The notes beneath the pieces were generated by a model, which was given only the letters and a program-made list of their open reading frames with translations, had not been told where the DNA came from and ran no database searches. A program made the translations under genes and the position numbers. A stretch of 63,473 nt of DNA, counting the filler, from Saprolegnia diclina VS20 (Eukaryota): the NCBI RefSeq assembly GCF_000281045.1. It is 9 parts of 2 records of this genome, joined end to end, with 100 filler letters (N's around TTAATTAATTAA, not from the genome) between each part and the next. Parts side by side here need not be neighbours in the genome. Positions count along the whole stretch, not along the records: positions 1 to 17,308 come from NW_008246075.1; 8 more parts are not named here. One strand, 5' to 3'. Shown here one piece after another: positions 1 to 13,139 of this stretch (position 1 is the stretch's first letter; each line of letters begins with the position of its first letter).

Positions 1-129
1 CTTCTCCGTAAATTCCGTCCTCAAAAATCCGCGTGCTCTCGATACGCTCTTTTGCCAATCATCGCCTCGCTCAAGAAGAACAGATTTGTACAAAGGCAAA
101 CAACAGATACATTAGATGAGGATGGGTAC

Positions 130-256
130 TTAGAATGACTTGCCGATCAGCGACTGTTTAAAGTTGTCGATGATGGCCGGCACGACCTCGGGTTCGGCGA
201 GCGTCGAGACGTCGCCGATCGAGTCTTCTTCGCCGTGGGCGATCTTGCGCAGAATG

Positions 257-288
<32 letters not shown>

Positions 289-2252
289 GAGGCCCGGCAC
301 AAACACAATGATGTCGGGCGTCGCAAACGCACCGATGTGCCCGCGCACCTGCTGCGCGAGCTCCTTCGTGACGCTCGCCGACCCGTCGACGCCGTGGATG
401 AGCGTGATGTAGCAGCAGATGCCCTCGCCTTTGACGCGATGCGGGAAGCCGACAACCGCCGCCTCGGTCACCACGTTGTGCGCCACGAGCGCCGACTCGA
501 CCTCGGCCGTGCCGATGCGATGGCCCGACGTACTCAGCACGTCGTCGATGCGCCCGGTGATCCAGTAGTAGCCGTCGGCGTCGCGGCGCGCGCCGTCGCC
601 CGTAAAGTAATGCCCGGGGTGCGGCATCGTGTACACGCTGAGGTACCGGTGGTGGTCGCCGTACACGGTGCGCGCGAGGCCCGGCCACGAGTCCTTGATG
701 CAAAGGCGGCCTTCCACGTTGGCGCCGACAAGCTCCTTGCCCGCGTCGTCGAGGATCGCAAAGTCGATGCCAAAGAAGGGCAGGCCGCACGACCCGGCCT
801 TCATGGGCGCCGCGCCCGGGAGTCCGACGCCGATGTGGCCGCCCGTCTCGGTCTGCCAGTACGTGTCGGCGATCATGCACTGCTTGTCGCCAACGACCTC
901 AAAGTACCACTTCCACGCTTCCGGGTTGATGGGCTCGCCGACGGTCCCGAGCACCTTGAGTGACGACCGGTCGTACTTGGTAACAAACTCGGTGCCATGG
1001 GCCATGAGCGCGCGGATCGCAGTCGGCGCCGTGTAAAACTTGGTGATCTTGTAGCGTTCGACGAGGTCCCAGTAGCGACCGCAGTCGGGGTACATGGGCG
1101 TCGACTCAAACATGACGGTCGTCGCACCGTTGACGAGCGGGCCATAGACAATGTACGAGTGGCCGGTGATCCAGCCGCAGTCGGCGACGCACGCGTAGAC
1201 GTCATCTTCCTGGAGGTCGAATGTGTACTTGCACGTGGTCGCAGCGTACGTGAGGTACCCGCCGGTCGTGTGTGCGACGCCCTTGGGCTTGCCCGTCGAC
1301 CCGGACGTGTACAGGATGAACATGAGGTCTTCCGAGTCCATCCACTCGGCCGGGCAGTACGGGCGCATGAGCGGAAGCACCTTGGTCATGTCGACGTCGA
1401 TCTTGGGGTGGAACGGGACCTTCGGGTTGTTGGTGCGCTTGAAGACAAAGACGTTCTTGACCACGTGCACGCCGTGGATGGCTTCGTCGACCGTCTTCTT
1501 GAGCGGCAGCGTGCGGCCGCCGCGCTTGCCTTCGTCGGCTGTGAAGACCCACTACAGATGTTCCATGAGTCATCGTGCAAGAAGAGAGTGGACACGCTTA
1601 CCTTGCTCTGCGCGTCAATGATTCGGTCGCGGAGGGCTTCCGCGCTGAAACCGGCAAAGACGATGCTGTGGACGGCGCCGATACGCGTGCAGGCAAGCAT
1701 GACCATGATGCACTCGGGGATCATGGGCATATAGATGGCCACCGTGTCGCCCTTCCGCACGCCGTGGGCCAACATGGCGTTCGCGATCTGGCACGTCTCG
1801 GCCAGCAGCTCCTTGTACGTGATGCGGCGGTGGACACCCGGCTCGTCCGACTCCCACAAGATCGCCGTCTTGTCGCCGCGGGTCGCAATGTGGCGATCGA
1901 TGCAGTTGGTGCTGACGTTGAGCTTGCCGTTGAGGAACCATGCGACGTCGCCCTTCTCGAAGCCACCGTACTTGGCCATGTCGAAATCGTGGAACCACGT
2001 GAGCGCCTCGCGGGCCTTCTCGCCCCAAAAGGCCTCCGGGTTCTCAATGCTGCGCTTGTACTCCTTCTCGTACGCGGCCATGCCCTGGACATGAGCGCCC
2101 TTGGCCACGCGCGGGATGACGTCGTAGATGGCAGGCGCCGACGCAGCAGCCTTGGCCGACGTGGCTGGCGCCGGTGCAGCAGCCTTGGTCGAGATAGCTG
2201 GCGACGGCGCAGCGGTCTTCGTCTTGGGCTGCTCGGTCTGGTGCAGGGTCAT
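130..2252 (-). CDS. ACS: Acetyl-CoA synthetase (AMP-forming), 2 exons (2252-1602, 1551-130), ~690 aa
   Basis: Motifs YTSGSTGKPKG, DTYWQTETGG, TGRIDDV, LPKTRSGKIMRR and N-terminal WFLNGKLNVSTNCIDRH. A GTAAG...TAG intron (1601-1552) joins DAQSK to WVFTADEG in frame. Confidence 0.97.
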
Positions 2253-2265
2253 GGGGCCAAGAATG

Positions 2266-2283
2266 CTAAATTCGAAATGGCGA
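2266..2283 (-). promoter_or_regulatory. Oomycete Inr+FPR-like core promoter upstream of ACS
   Basis: Minus strand GCCATTTCGAATTT, 15-30 bp upstream of the ATG; resembles the YCATTYYNNAWTTY consensus. Confidence 0.5.
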
Positions 2284-5193
2284 GCGGAGAGGTTTTGGTG
2301 CGCCTCGAAGTTCGAAGGTAGAAACTCGCACTTCCTCAAGGATTTTTTGCGCGTGTACTTGAGGTTGTATGCAACGTCGAATAAAAATACGATCAGGTCA
2401 AGCCAGCTGGAGTGTCCGTTCGAATATTTCTCGAAAGCGTCTCTTTCCGACCTAATTAGGTCCGAGGGCCTTCATTGACACCGAACGAGGCTAATTGCAC
2501 GCAACGTTTGCGCAGGGGCTCGGCTCGTTCGGCAAGCGGCGCCAGAGGAATGATGGTGGACGCCCGCAACTTCAAGCGGCGCACTCGATGGTGTATGATG
2601 GACGGCGGATTGCGTGCAAGGTCGGACGGTCGTATGCCACGAACCCGAACTGCAACCTGAGAATATACCCACTTGAGCATCCCGAGGCATCTTTTCCCTC
2701 TTGGATTGGTCTGTTGCTGTGGACACCAGCAGTGCCGAGAACCGTGGTGTGATCCGACCACTCTACGAGCTCACTTTCTAGCTCGCTTTGATCCTGCAGG
2801 AGCTCGTGGCACAAACATTGGCGGCGGTGTTGCCAGCGCTGGGTATGCGGCCGCTATCGATGCGATTAGCTGGCTCGTCCTACGGATCAATGCAGCCTCG
2901 GTTGACGACGCTGGTGCGCTGCCGCCGCCTCCTCCAAAGAGCAGGCACGGGGCGTCTGGTCGGCTCGCGCCGATCGAGTGCATTGAAGCTACTCAGTGTT
3001 CGTTGCGTGTGGCAAGCCACTCCAGGTGGCGTCGAAATTCGGTTTTTTATTCTGTTGGGTGATGGATCGAGACGGTCTTGGGAAGTGGATTGGACCGGCC
3101 CGAGTCCGACGAAGGCGGCAGCGTGGTACCCCTACACTAAACCCACCGTGGTGTATGTGAAAAAAGAGTTTGTGATTCCCACATCCCCATCATTGCATAC
3201 AATTACCAAGCTCTCCGACCAGATGATGTGCTGGAAAGACGTGTAAAACCACGCCCAACGCACCGAGGATTTGTCCTTGGCGAGTCAGGTGGAAGCAGGA
3301 CCCACGTCATCGTCGAACGCTTCGCGCCCACAGTGGCGCGATAGCGAACACGAGCGAAGTTGAACGTCGCCGCCGATCTGGTTCACGTTCCAGTGGCAGC
3401 AGCTTTAGCCCTTTGCGCTCGCCATACTTATCGGTCTTGTCCTTGGCTTCAAGGATCATCTCGGTGGGAACCGTCGATGTGGGACACGTGTGCGCCACCA
3501 GGGTAGCACCTCGATTGGTGTGAGCGGCTGCTGACGACACCACCGGCGTCGCGAAACGTCATGCCTGCGACGGCCATTGAAACTCGCTTCGGCGTGTTGA
3601 TGCAAGCACCTTGGCAGTTGCCGCGCGATGAGTATGTGCAGTCGCAACGCAGAGTCGAAATTCCTCGGTGCATTTTGGTAGTCGACCTATCACTAGCGCA
3701 CAAGTACCTAGCTGCCAGTAGCCATACGCAGAGCTCCGAGAGGCCACCAGTGGTCGAACCGTAGCTGTAGCTGCTCGTGTCATTCCCCCAGCAAAGTGCG
3801 CCGAGCGAGAGAAAGCCCTTCGTTTTTTTGTGGCCGATGATTATTCATACGTGACTCACGGCAGCGCCGTCGACGCAATCGCCCAGACGCTGCTTCGTTT
3901 GGCAAACATGTTTTAAACACATCAGGTTGGAATGCGACTCTTCAACGCACTATGCAACGTCAGCATCACGAGAAGCGTTTTAAACAAGATTTGGTGGGCT
4001 GTGATTGGTGGATGTGTGATGCACAGACCGGTCTGATTGGCGGAGCGTCAGGATGTCGACGCCGTCGCGCCGATCACGTCGTTGCGGCGTGGCCATTGAA
4101 GAACGCCGCGTCGATCCCCTCACGAGCGCATTCGTCGTCGGTAGTCAATCAGCAGTGACGAATTCCAGAGAGGGGGCCTAGCTCTCAGACAGTGCTCTGG
4201 GCAGCTGGTAGCGGTCACCACACATTAGGTTCAACGTCGGACATGGAGCTCGCAAGCTGTTGTTGTGCCCCGAGAATATTTAGCGATACCTGCCTTTGTC
4301 GTTGGGCGAGGAAGCTGACGGCTCTAGGAGTCATGGCTTGCCACTGTGAGTGAGGTGTGTACGCACTTGATGTCGCAGGCATGCTGTGTTTTCTATGGTC
4401 CTCACTTCGCAGTCGCAGAGTGCTAGCAGGGAACTGTCATAATACAGTCGCTTTGGGTACTGTGCTCCATTCCAATGCCGAAGGAGCCTCGTCGCAAGTC
4501 GACCCTACGCACTCGGTACGCCAGTGGTCGGGTAGTTAATGGGTCGAAGAGACATAACAGTGCGAATGCAATCCGACCACGACCGCCGACTCGGTATTTG
4601 TTCTTATCGGAACCTCCAGCTAGCGCAGACGCTGAGCTGCAGGCGACATCGCGCGACAAGCTAATTTACTAATCCATTTTGTCGGTGCTTTGCAGTTTGC
4701 AGTGTTGCTGTTGGAAAGAGGAGTTGGCTGCATGGCACATTTGTAAGCCGAGAGGTTAGTTTATACGCTGACGAGGCAAAACTACACAGTAACGTTAGTT
4801 GAGTCTCCAGCTCAACTGCGTCAGGAGTCTTATTGTGGGGGCGTACGCGGTGTAAAATACGTGTATCTAGTACACCAGGGATCCCCACGTTGTGCCCGCA
4901 CCGAGCAAAAAAAACATGCAGACGCACAACTTGAACTACAAACTTGTAATGCCTTGGACCGTGGCGACTGAAATTTGGTCACCATCCTTCGAGAGTCCTG
5001 TGAAAGCCCGAGAGATCTTTCCAGATGTCCGTGCCTAAGATGCGTACGATTGCCGTCTTCGACGCCGTAGTGGTGGGAGCCGACAAGCTAGAGATGCAAC
5101 TGCGAGAGATGCGCGGCAAACACACCCCAGATCGCATGAACTTGCGGGCAGCGCACCAAAGATATGGGGCAATTCTCGTCGGGCTCGTCGCAG

Positions 5194-5286
5194 AGGAGGC
5201 AGTAGCAGGCGTTACGCTTGAGCACGTGCAAACTGGTGCAGGAGGCAGTAGCAGGCGTTACGCTTGAGCACGTGCAAACTGGTGCA
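5194..5286. repeat. Perfect 46-bp tandem duplication
   Basis: AGGAGGCAGTAGCAGGCGTTACGCTTGAGCACGTGCAAACTGGTGC x2. Same length as the 46-bp contig overlap at 46969/47115, so possibly an assembly artefact. Confidence 0.9.
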
Positions 5287-6602
5287 CAGGTACGGCCTCC
5301 AGCCAATCAAAAGGTGGTCGACATCAAGCAAGGGTGGCGACTAGTGCTTGACGGCCCAGACACGCACAATTTGTAAAGGGCAGTGTAGTGAATAGTTCCG
5401 TTACGTGAATGGGTCGCACGTTTCGACGCGACGGAAGACGATCTTGCGATGTCGATTGGCGCCAAATTTCGCTATGTTGGAATTGCTATTCAAACTCCTG
5501 ATTCGGTCCAGTTCCTTCACACGTCTTGCGCTACTAGCATTACCATTGATGATTGTGTAAGTGTGTGTGCTCCGCAGCAAGCTTACTATTTTGCACACTT
5601 GCCGTTGTGCCTCCGCCGAAAAACGCAGCTACACCAAGTGCTCCCTTCTGATTGGTTGTCTTGCCTGGAATCCAGGCCTGTGATTGGCCATCGATGAGAG
5701 GTTGTCAAAAAGTATCAAGATCAAGTGAGTCACAATGCGGCAATGGACAGGACTGAACCAGATCCACACGCGTTGGCCGCGTGGCATGGGGGAGCAAGCC
5801 GAATCAACTGAGACGACAAGAACCAGGAAGGTACCAATCGCCCTTGGCTGTACAATGTTATAAGAGCTATTGGAGGTCATATTACGTCGCATATAGCGCT
5901 CACGTGTTGTGTACATACACGCGGAATGGGCTCCTTCGCTTCCCGCTACAAACGGCGCATTCGTCGCATGGCGCAGTCGCCTTTCGTGCGTCTGGTCCTC
6001 GGCTTTCGTTCAGCGTCCTTAGCGGGTACTAGTACATACCGACACGGCACACCTGCCCGCGAAGAGCCTTGGACGCCATGGCAACGGTGATGGGCAGTTT
6101 TCCCTCCCGCCACGTGTATTTAACGTGTGGTGGGAACGCGTCAAAGTGGGGTGCGTAATGGTCGAACGGCCATCACCAGAGGCATGACGCCGCGTTTTGT
6201 AATTTTCACAAATTTTGAAGCCAAACGTCCGTACACAACCCCTTTCCTAACACTCCCTTTCCTCTGTCCCTCCTTCCTCTTCGCCAGACACGCCGACGTA
6301 TTACAGTACGGTACTAGCACCGTCCTCACCAGCGCTGACCCTGTCGCTTCTACGGCGCGCAGCGGGTGGAGATGGCACGTGACCGTCGACGGCCCCCACA
6401 CAGTGCAATTGCAGTAGCCTGGCCTGTCACGGGATTGGCTACATATCCGGACGTCTCTTTATTAAAGTATGGAGCTTTCCATACAAACACGAAGCTATAG
6501 ATTGGATATCGTATTATAATGCCAGCATGACTAACGCCTTGGAAATCCGGATAAGCCGCGCGTCGAACCTTTGTAAGTAAACACGATGATGGACGGGCCG
6601 AA

Positions 6603-8117
6603 ATGGCATCATTCTTTGACCGGTGGCACTGCCAGCGCATGATGATGTCGTCGTCGTCGGTCGCTCCTCGGCGCCCGTCGTCGCCTCGCCTCCGCGCGCT
6701 CTCGTCCTCGTCCAGCATCAGCGACGAGCGCGAGGCTGTGGCCGTGCGCCGCGCCAACAGCGCGGCCAAGATGCCCGTCGTGACGCCGGACCGCTGCAAA
6801 GGCTGCCTCCGCCTCTTCTCCAAGATGCTCACGACCAAGCAGTGTTTCCGCGTACGTCTTTTGAATCTGCAACCGCGATGGCGCCACTGACCGCCTTCTT
6901 CTGTCTAGTGCAAGAACTACGTGTGCGCGCTCTGTGTCTTCAAGGTGCCCATGTTTCATGGCGAGAAGGGCAAGCTGCCCAAGCACTCGCTCCACGCGCG
7001 GCTCTGCGCATCGTGCTACGACGAAAGCATCCTCTGCGACAACAGCACCAACAGCGCGAGCAGCCAGCCCGAGATGAGCCCGCCGTCGGGGCGCGACACC
7101 GCCGGTCACTTTGACGACGACGCCTGCGACGACTGCGCCTGCGCCCCCGCGCCCATTGTCGTCGCTGGCCCGAGCAGCACGGCGTCGCTCTGGCTTTCTC
7201 TCGTTACGGGCTCGCTCATGCTCGGCGTTGTGCTTCTCGAGTCGACCGATTTTCACGTCCGCGCCGGTAGCCTCGTCGGTTTGTACGTGGTTTTTGTCGT
7301 CATCCATCCGCTCTGGAAGTCTCCGTCGACGCCACTGCCGACGCCGAAACCTCGACGAATGTCCAAGGCGAAGCGAGACCCGAGCGAAACCGCGTCTTCG
7401 GACGACGAAGATGAGCCTTCGATCAACATGGAGGCGGTTCTCCTTGCCAAGAAGGAATGGCTCGAAGCCCGCTGGAGCGAGCTCACGTCGGAACAAGCTG
7501 CTTGGGTCAAGAACGAGTCCAAGTCGACGGCGAGCATTACGCTCTCGGAGCTCGACTGCGGCGACGACGTGCCCGTGTGCATCAAGGTCGAGGCGTTTGT
7601 GCCCAACACGAGTGCTGACGAGATCCTCTCGTTTATTGGCAACCCGGACCCAAAAGAACGCATCAAGTGGGATTCCCACATGGCCAGTACGTTTTGTTTC
7701 AATGTATCGACTTGCACTGATCCAATGGGTGTAGCGCACACGGTGGTCGAGAGCGTCGAGTGGCCAGTGACCAACCAATCGGGTCGCGTCGTGCACAACG
7801 TGCAGAAGAGCCATGGCATGGGCCTCGTGCCGTCGCGGGACTTTGTCTTGCTCGCGCTGCGCAAGTCGCCGACGATCTACGTCCAAGGCAGCCTCGAGCA
7901 CCCGAGCGTACCGGACCGACCTGGCAGCGTCCGTGGGGTGCTCCATATTCTCGGCTTTGAGTGCGTGCCCACTGACGACGGCGTGCACTTGACGTACATC
8001 AATCACGTCGACATTCGGGGGTCGCTTCCGCGCAAGCTCGTCACCAACGGCACGTGTGACAACATGATGAAGCTCATGACGACCGCCGTCCAAGCCAAAA
8101 AGAAGTGGCTCGTGTAA
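6603..8117 (+). CDS. FYVE-like zinc finger + transmembrane hairpin + START lipid-binding domain protein
   Basis: After removing intron 6852-6908 (GTACG...CTAG): CKGC...CFRCKNYVCALC...LCASC, two hydrophobic segments, then START motifs (RIKWD, VPSRDFV, HVDIRGSLP). Probable second in-frame intron 7687-7734. Confidence 0.8.
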
Positions 8118-8168
8118 ACTGAAAATTTGCGTTTTTGATGCCCGATTGAATATATGTAGATAGTATTA

Positions 8169-10533
8169 CTATTTTGCATGTTGGCCACTTGTCATGTACA
8201 GAGCCACCACCGATGCGACGAGACCGTCCAGGATTGCACGGCAGCAGAGACGAGTCTCGTCATCGTCCTCGTTCTTGTCGCGACCCGGAGACTCTAGAAA
8301 CAACTGCAGCAACTGAGCGTCGTCGTCGGCCAACGAGTTCGACGAGCTGCTCTTTTTCAAAAACGTCGAAGCGTCACCGGGTTCGAAATGTGTACCAAAC
8401 GGCGGCGGTGGGTCGTGCAACCCATCCAGAGGCGATGGCATCGTTCGTGGACTCTTCTCTTCTGCGGGCTCGAAGGGTAGAGTGCTGGGTACAACGGGAG
8501 CCTCGAGCTCGAGCTCGGGTGGCAAATGGACGTCCGTGGTGCGGGGTGAGCGACCTTTGTCGCTGCCGAGTTGTGCCAGATTCGACTCGAAAGAGAGCAC
8601 AGTATCTTCCAACTGAAGTAACATGGGCGGTTCGTGCAGCGTCTCGACCATTTCGGTGGCAAGTGACGAGGTATTCTCCAAAGCAGCGACAACCGCGCCG
8701 TGTATCACTGCCTCGTCAGCTTGTGTTGTCGCGTTCACGCCGTTGCATTCTGGTATCATGTCGCGCGTCAGGATGGCATCGACGAGGTCGGCCACACAGG
8801 CAACGACCTCTGGCAGCGGCGCCTCCAGCGTATCCAGAATCGTGAGTGCGACCACTGTCTTTGTGCCGTTGGCGTCGGCAATGGCAAGCTCCAGCCGCGT
8901 CTTGTGCCCAAGTGTTGTAGCTGGATTGCTTCGCACGGGGCTAAAGATGCGCGGGGTCGGACACCGACCACTGCTGGCCGTCTAGGGAGCATTATGAATT
9001 TCTGAACGACCGGATGGAGGCTACCTGTGGCCGTGGACGCTTTGGTGGTGTTGCCAGTGCAGAGGTACTTGCTGTTGACCGGGCCCATGCCGTGGCCGAC
9101 TGCGGTCGCCGAGCATTCGGTGTTGGCGACGGGTCGACAACAACAATGTCCTTGTGCAGCACAGGGCTCAAGGCCAGAAGGCGCGGCGTTGGGCATCCCG
9201 TTAAATCCACAATGTTGGGTTTCGTGGGCGTCTGTTTGATGAAATATCCAACCGAGCGCGAGGTAAGAAGTAATGAGACCTTGGGGACGCGGGGGGTCGG
9301 CGCGATCTTTTTCGCCGCTGGTGGCTTGGTTGGGATCGCAGGCTTCTCTGGCACATCGCACCCACCCACGTAGCCGAACGACTGCAATAAGCTCTTCCAC
9401 GCACTCGGCGTGCGCCATGGGTCTGCGTCCACAGACCCACGCTCGCTCTTGTTCGTCTTGGTGGCGCTCGTCACCTGCACAAAAGTGCGAGATGTTTTAC
9501 AGGGTACTTGCTATACGTGGACGAGTGTATCCAAGCGCTTCCAAAGGACGTCGGCGCGAGGATGCTGCTTCCCAACGCTAGCGACCGTCACTTCATAAGC
9601 TTTTCGACACGCTTGGAGCGCGTCGGCCGTCTGCGTGTCGTTCAAAATCAAGTCAAAGCGCGAGAGCTCGACCTCGTGCTGTTTCTCTTGGTGGACGCTG
9701 AAGTCGTACAGTGCGCGACCTAGCAGCTGTGCCCACTCGTCGCGCTGCCGCCGTGCGACCACCGGAGCTTGCGCCGCGGCCAAAAGCACTTCGAATGCGA
9801 CGCTCGCCTAGGGTCGTCGAGTGAGAATATGGTAGACTTTAGCTGCGTACCGCCGTGCGAGCGTGGAATGCACCTGCGTCCAACAGTTGTAGTTCCGTCG
9901 AGACTGCGCCAAGGTGTAGATGCGCTCGTGCAATCTCGATACGCGCCAGTAAAAGCGCGTGGTTTGGAGTTGTATCTATGCCAAATAACTTGAAATTGTA
10001 GCGACTATCACGTAAGGTACCTAAAAGTGCGAGCTCCAAGAGGCCATAATGGCAGTCGAGTGCCTTGTAGAGATATGCCAATGCCTCTTTGCGCGCCTCT
10101 AGTCACAATAGGTCAGTACTTCTATCGAGGTGGACAATGTACGCTGTGCATGACACGTGGCAGCGAGATCCGTCAAGAGCTCGAGCCGGCTGCGCAGCCA
10201 CGTATGCCGCTGGCTCAACGTGAGCTCGCTTGCAGCGTCGCCTTGCACCGATAGCCAGTGGTTCACCGCATCATGCAGGGGCAGTGCGCACAGCAGCAAC
10301 CGGCGCGCTTCCGACGGCTCTAGACGTACATGAATATGCGCGAAGCACCGAGATGGACACCCACGGAGGGCTACGTGGAGACGCGTGAGGTCGGTGAAGT
10401 GCTGCGAGGCCTTGAGCGCAGCCTTGGCTGTCGGCCATGTTGGGGGTCGTCTCAGAAATAAGTGTTCTTCGCGCTCGAGCAGCGCAGCGAGTGCCGAGAC
10501 GCACCGGGCGGCCAGCGGTGCGTCGAGACCCAT
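8169..10533 (-). CDS. Hypothetical multi-exon protein (exon structure and 5' end uncertain; possibly degenerate)
   Basis: Chain of minus-strand ORFs (10099-10533, 9839-10081, 9511-9789, 8992-9480, 8169-8936) with coding-like composition, separated by short intron-like stretches. No recognised domain. Confidence 0.4.
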
Positions 10534-12085
10534 GGCCGCAAAGGTATTTTCGCAGCCGTTTCAGTATCGGACAAGCGTCCTGTCTACGAGCGTTTTACAA
10601 AAAGGGATTTGTCTGAACGGCAATGTGGTTCTTGTGGTCGTGCTCGAGATACTGCCGTCATCTCCTTCGCCTACTCTGGCACCACGCGCCAGATCACCGG
10701 CGCCACGGCCAACAACGCGTCCGATGTCACCGGTCCCATTTGACCCGCGAAAGTCCCACTTAACCAACACAAGACGGCAGCCAGCCGACAGCATCGAATG
10801 CCCCATCGACAAGCCCAGTATATATATGAACGTGTTCCGCGTTATCTTCATTATGACACAAAGACTTCGCATACGTAGCGCTACGCCTGAATGCGTGGGA
10901 GTTGGCTCCAGCACTTGGTCGTTGGGAGTGAGCTGCGCACGGAGAGATCCATCCCGTGGTGGACCCCACTCGCCGAGTCATGGCTCGTTAGTGAACTTTT
11001 TGGCTCCACCGTCGATCACCCTCCCCATATACATACATCGTCACCTCCTAGCCGCCGTCGTGTCGCCGGCGTGGGCTCCAAGTAGGAAGATCATCGAGGT
11101 TGGAAGTGCTTATAGTCCAGTGTGATTGTTACAGTGGACTATCCACCATCAAGGATTTGGCGTTATACAAGATCACTTTGCGCTTAGAAGGACACATTGT
11201 GTCCTGGATTGTCAGATCCTTCTAAGCGCAAAGTGATCTCGTCAATAGAAATATGAGAAAGAGGAAGCATCAGCCGTGCATGGTGTTGTGTACTAGTACA
11301 GTGTTACGGACTAAGCTGATTACCGTCGTCCTCGGTGGGCATGATGCTTGCAGCCCACGGCCACGCCTGGTGACGCCTCTTCTTTTCTTGATGGGCTACT
11401 GCTCGTGCAGTGTACCGGTATTGATTGGCACCTACACTAACTGTAGGTTGGCTCCTGGGTTGCGTCCACCTCGCTTTACTTGGCGGGACGGTGCAACTCA
11501 AGCACGAGTAGTAGTGTGAGTCAGCTTGTGTGAGAGCGACACCTCAAAACGAGCTTGACCTCGATCGTTTCAAAACCCATGGTCGCCGTCAACGTCCGAG
11601 ACTGGAATCGGAGCCCACGCAAATCAATGGTCCCGCAGACCGCACCGTAGAACAGCAGGTACTTGACTATGTCGTCAGCGTTTGGCTACTGGTGGCGCAC
11701 GCCATCATGCTTCAGCTTCGTGCATCGTCTTTGTTGCGGCGCTCGCAATATTTCAATGTGGATGGATATACCACGCCAGTCCCGGTCAAGTTGGATTCGG
11801 TGTTAAGTTTGACTGTGTAGCTATGATACTTGATATTTGTATGTGACTTTAAACCACTTCTGTCTAAAGTCGAGTTGAAGTCGATAGGGCCACGTCCGTC
11901 GTTATCAGTAGCCAATCACAAGGCGTAAAACGTCGCGTAATCTGTTGCACTCAAGAAGAGCACACATGTGATCACGACACTGATATCAGATCGTTCACAG
12001 ATATGACATGGGTGATCGCGTCTACGTGTCGCCTCTGGTCGACTAGTCAGGGTAATTACTCGGGTATTCTACGTAGTACTTCTAT

Positions 12086-12474
12086 TACGAGCACCTACTG
12101 CTACGCTGCGAATTCGTCAATGCGGTCTGGGCCGTCTTTCGGCCTCTCGTCGATGCGCTGGACCTGGACCTCCCCACGACGCTCTTGTTTGAGCCGCTGG
12201 TGACGGCCCAACGCTATCGCCGACGCGCGGCCGACCTGGTGTGGCCGATCCTACGAGCCTGCATGCTGCACAGTGTCTGACTCGCCCGAAACGACCGCGC
12301 AACGACGCCTGGCTTCGTGATCACCTCGTCCGGGCTTGCGCCATCCATAAGTCTCGCCTTCAACACGGCTAAGCCTCACCGCTGCTGCCGTCTAGCACAA
12401 CACGCTCCGAGTCGAAAGTCCATCCCAAAACCAGTTCAGTGTAAATTATATCTAAATAGACCCACTTCAAAAAC
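12086..12474 (+). mobile_element. 3' remnant of a non-LTR retrotransposon (L1/Tx1-like ORF2 C-terminus, zf-RVT region)
   Basis: Reads YEHLLLRCEFVNAVWAVFRPL...WPILRACMLHSV*LARNDR: EH-x3-4-C-x6-W and W..RN pattern, with TGA where TGG (Trp) is expected. Ends near CCCACTTCAAAAA. Confidence 0.7.
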
Positions 12475-13139
12475 GTAGCACTTCTACTAGTATGGTGCGT
12501 GCTTGGACCTGCAAGAGATGGCAACGCCACGTCGGTCCCTTTACCTGTTTCTATGTGCCACTTCGTACTCGGCTCTAAATCCCATGATTTCCTGGCTCGT
12601 CAAGCAAAGCGGCGCGTACCTTGTCTGTGACTGGTTGTCGAAGTCGGTGCCAGCTAAACACGCGTGTCCGAATGGCTTGCAACGGTACTTCGTACATTTT
12701 CAATATACATTGTGTAGCCTTGGTGGCTTGGCACCGACTGCGCGGTACGTCCAGCCAGCTACTGTGTACCGAGGCTACCAAATACGTGTACTAAGGTTAA
12801 CAGTACAAAATAGAGATTATTTCTAATTGGGCAGAGTACGCGAGGTGATGATCCCATGACGGCAACCTCTGCTTCAGCGAGTGCTCGGCCCGAGGTGAGC
12901 ATGCTACCACTCTAGCCCGTACCGGTGCTTTGGCGGCTTTGATGTTCTTGCGTTCAATAATGTGCCTAGTCGACAACAATTATCACAGCGAGCTCTCGGT
13001 TGCGGTAGCTTACACATGAATGTCAACAAGCTTCGTGCTGCATTGTTGCGGGCTTCGTACAATTGGCAGCTAGTACCTATTACCTGGCGTTTTTCAGTGA
13101 CATCAGTAATAGTTATAGGTATACTAGGTGTGAAACATG

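Noticed and set aside
5194..5286. 46-bp perfect tandem duplication as a biological repeat or CRISPR-like unit
   Set aside because: No spacer, only two copies, and the same length as the assembly overlap at 46969/47115, so probably a k-mer artefact.
2460..6500. Short ORFs upstream of ACS (e.g. 2788-3246, 3307-3543, 5025-5267)
   Set aside because: No codon bias or recognisable domain; treated as intergenic or degraded remnants.
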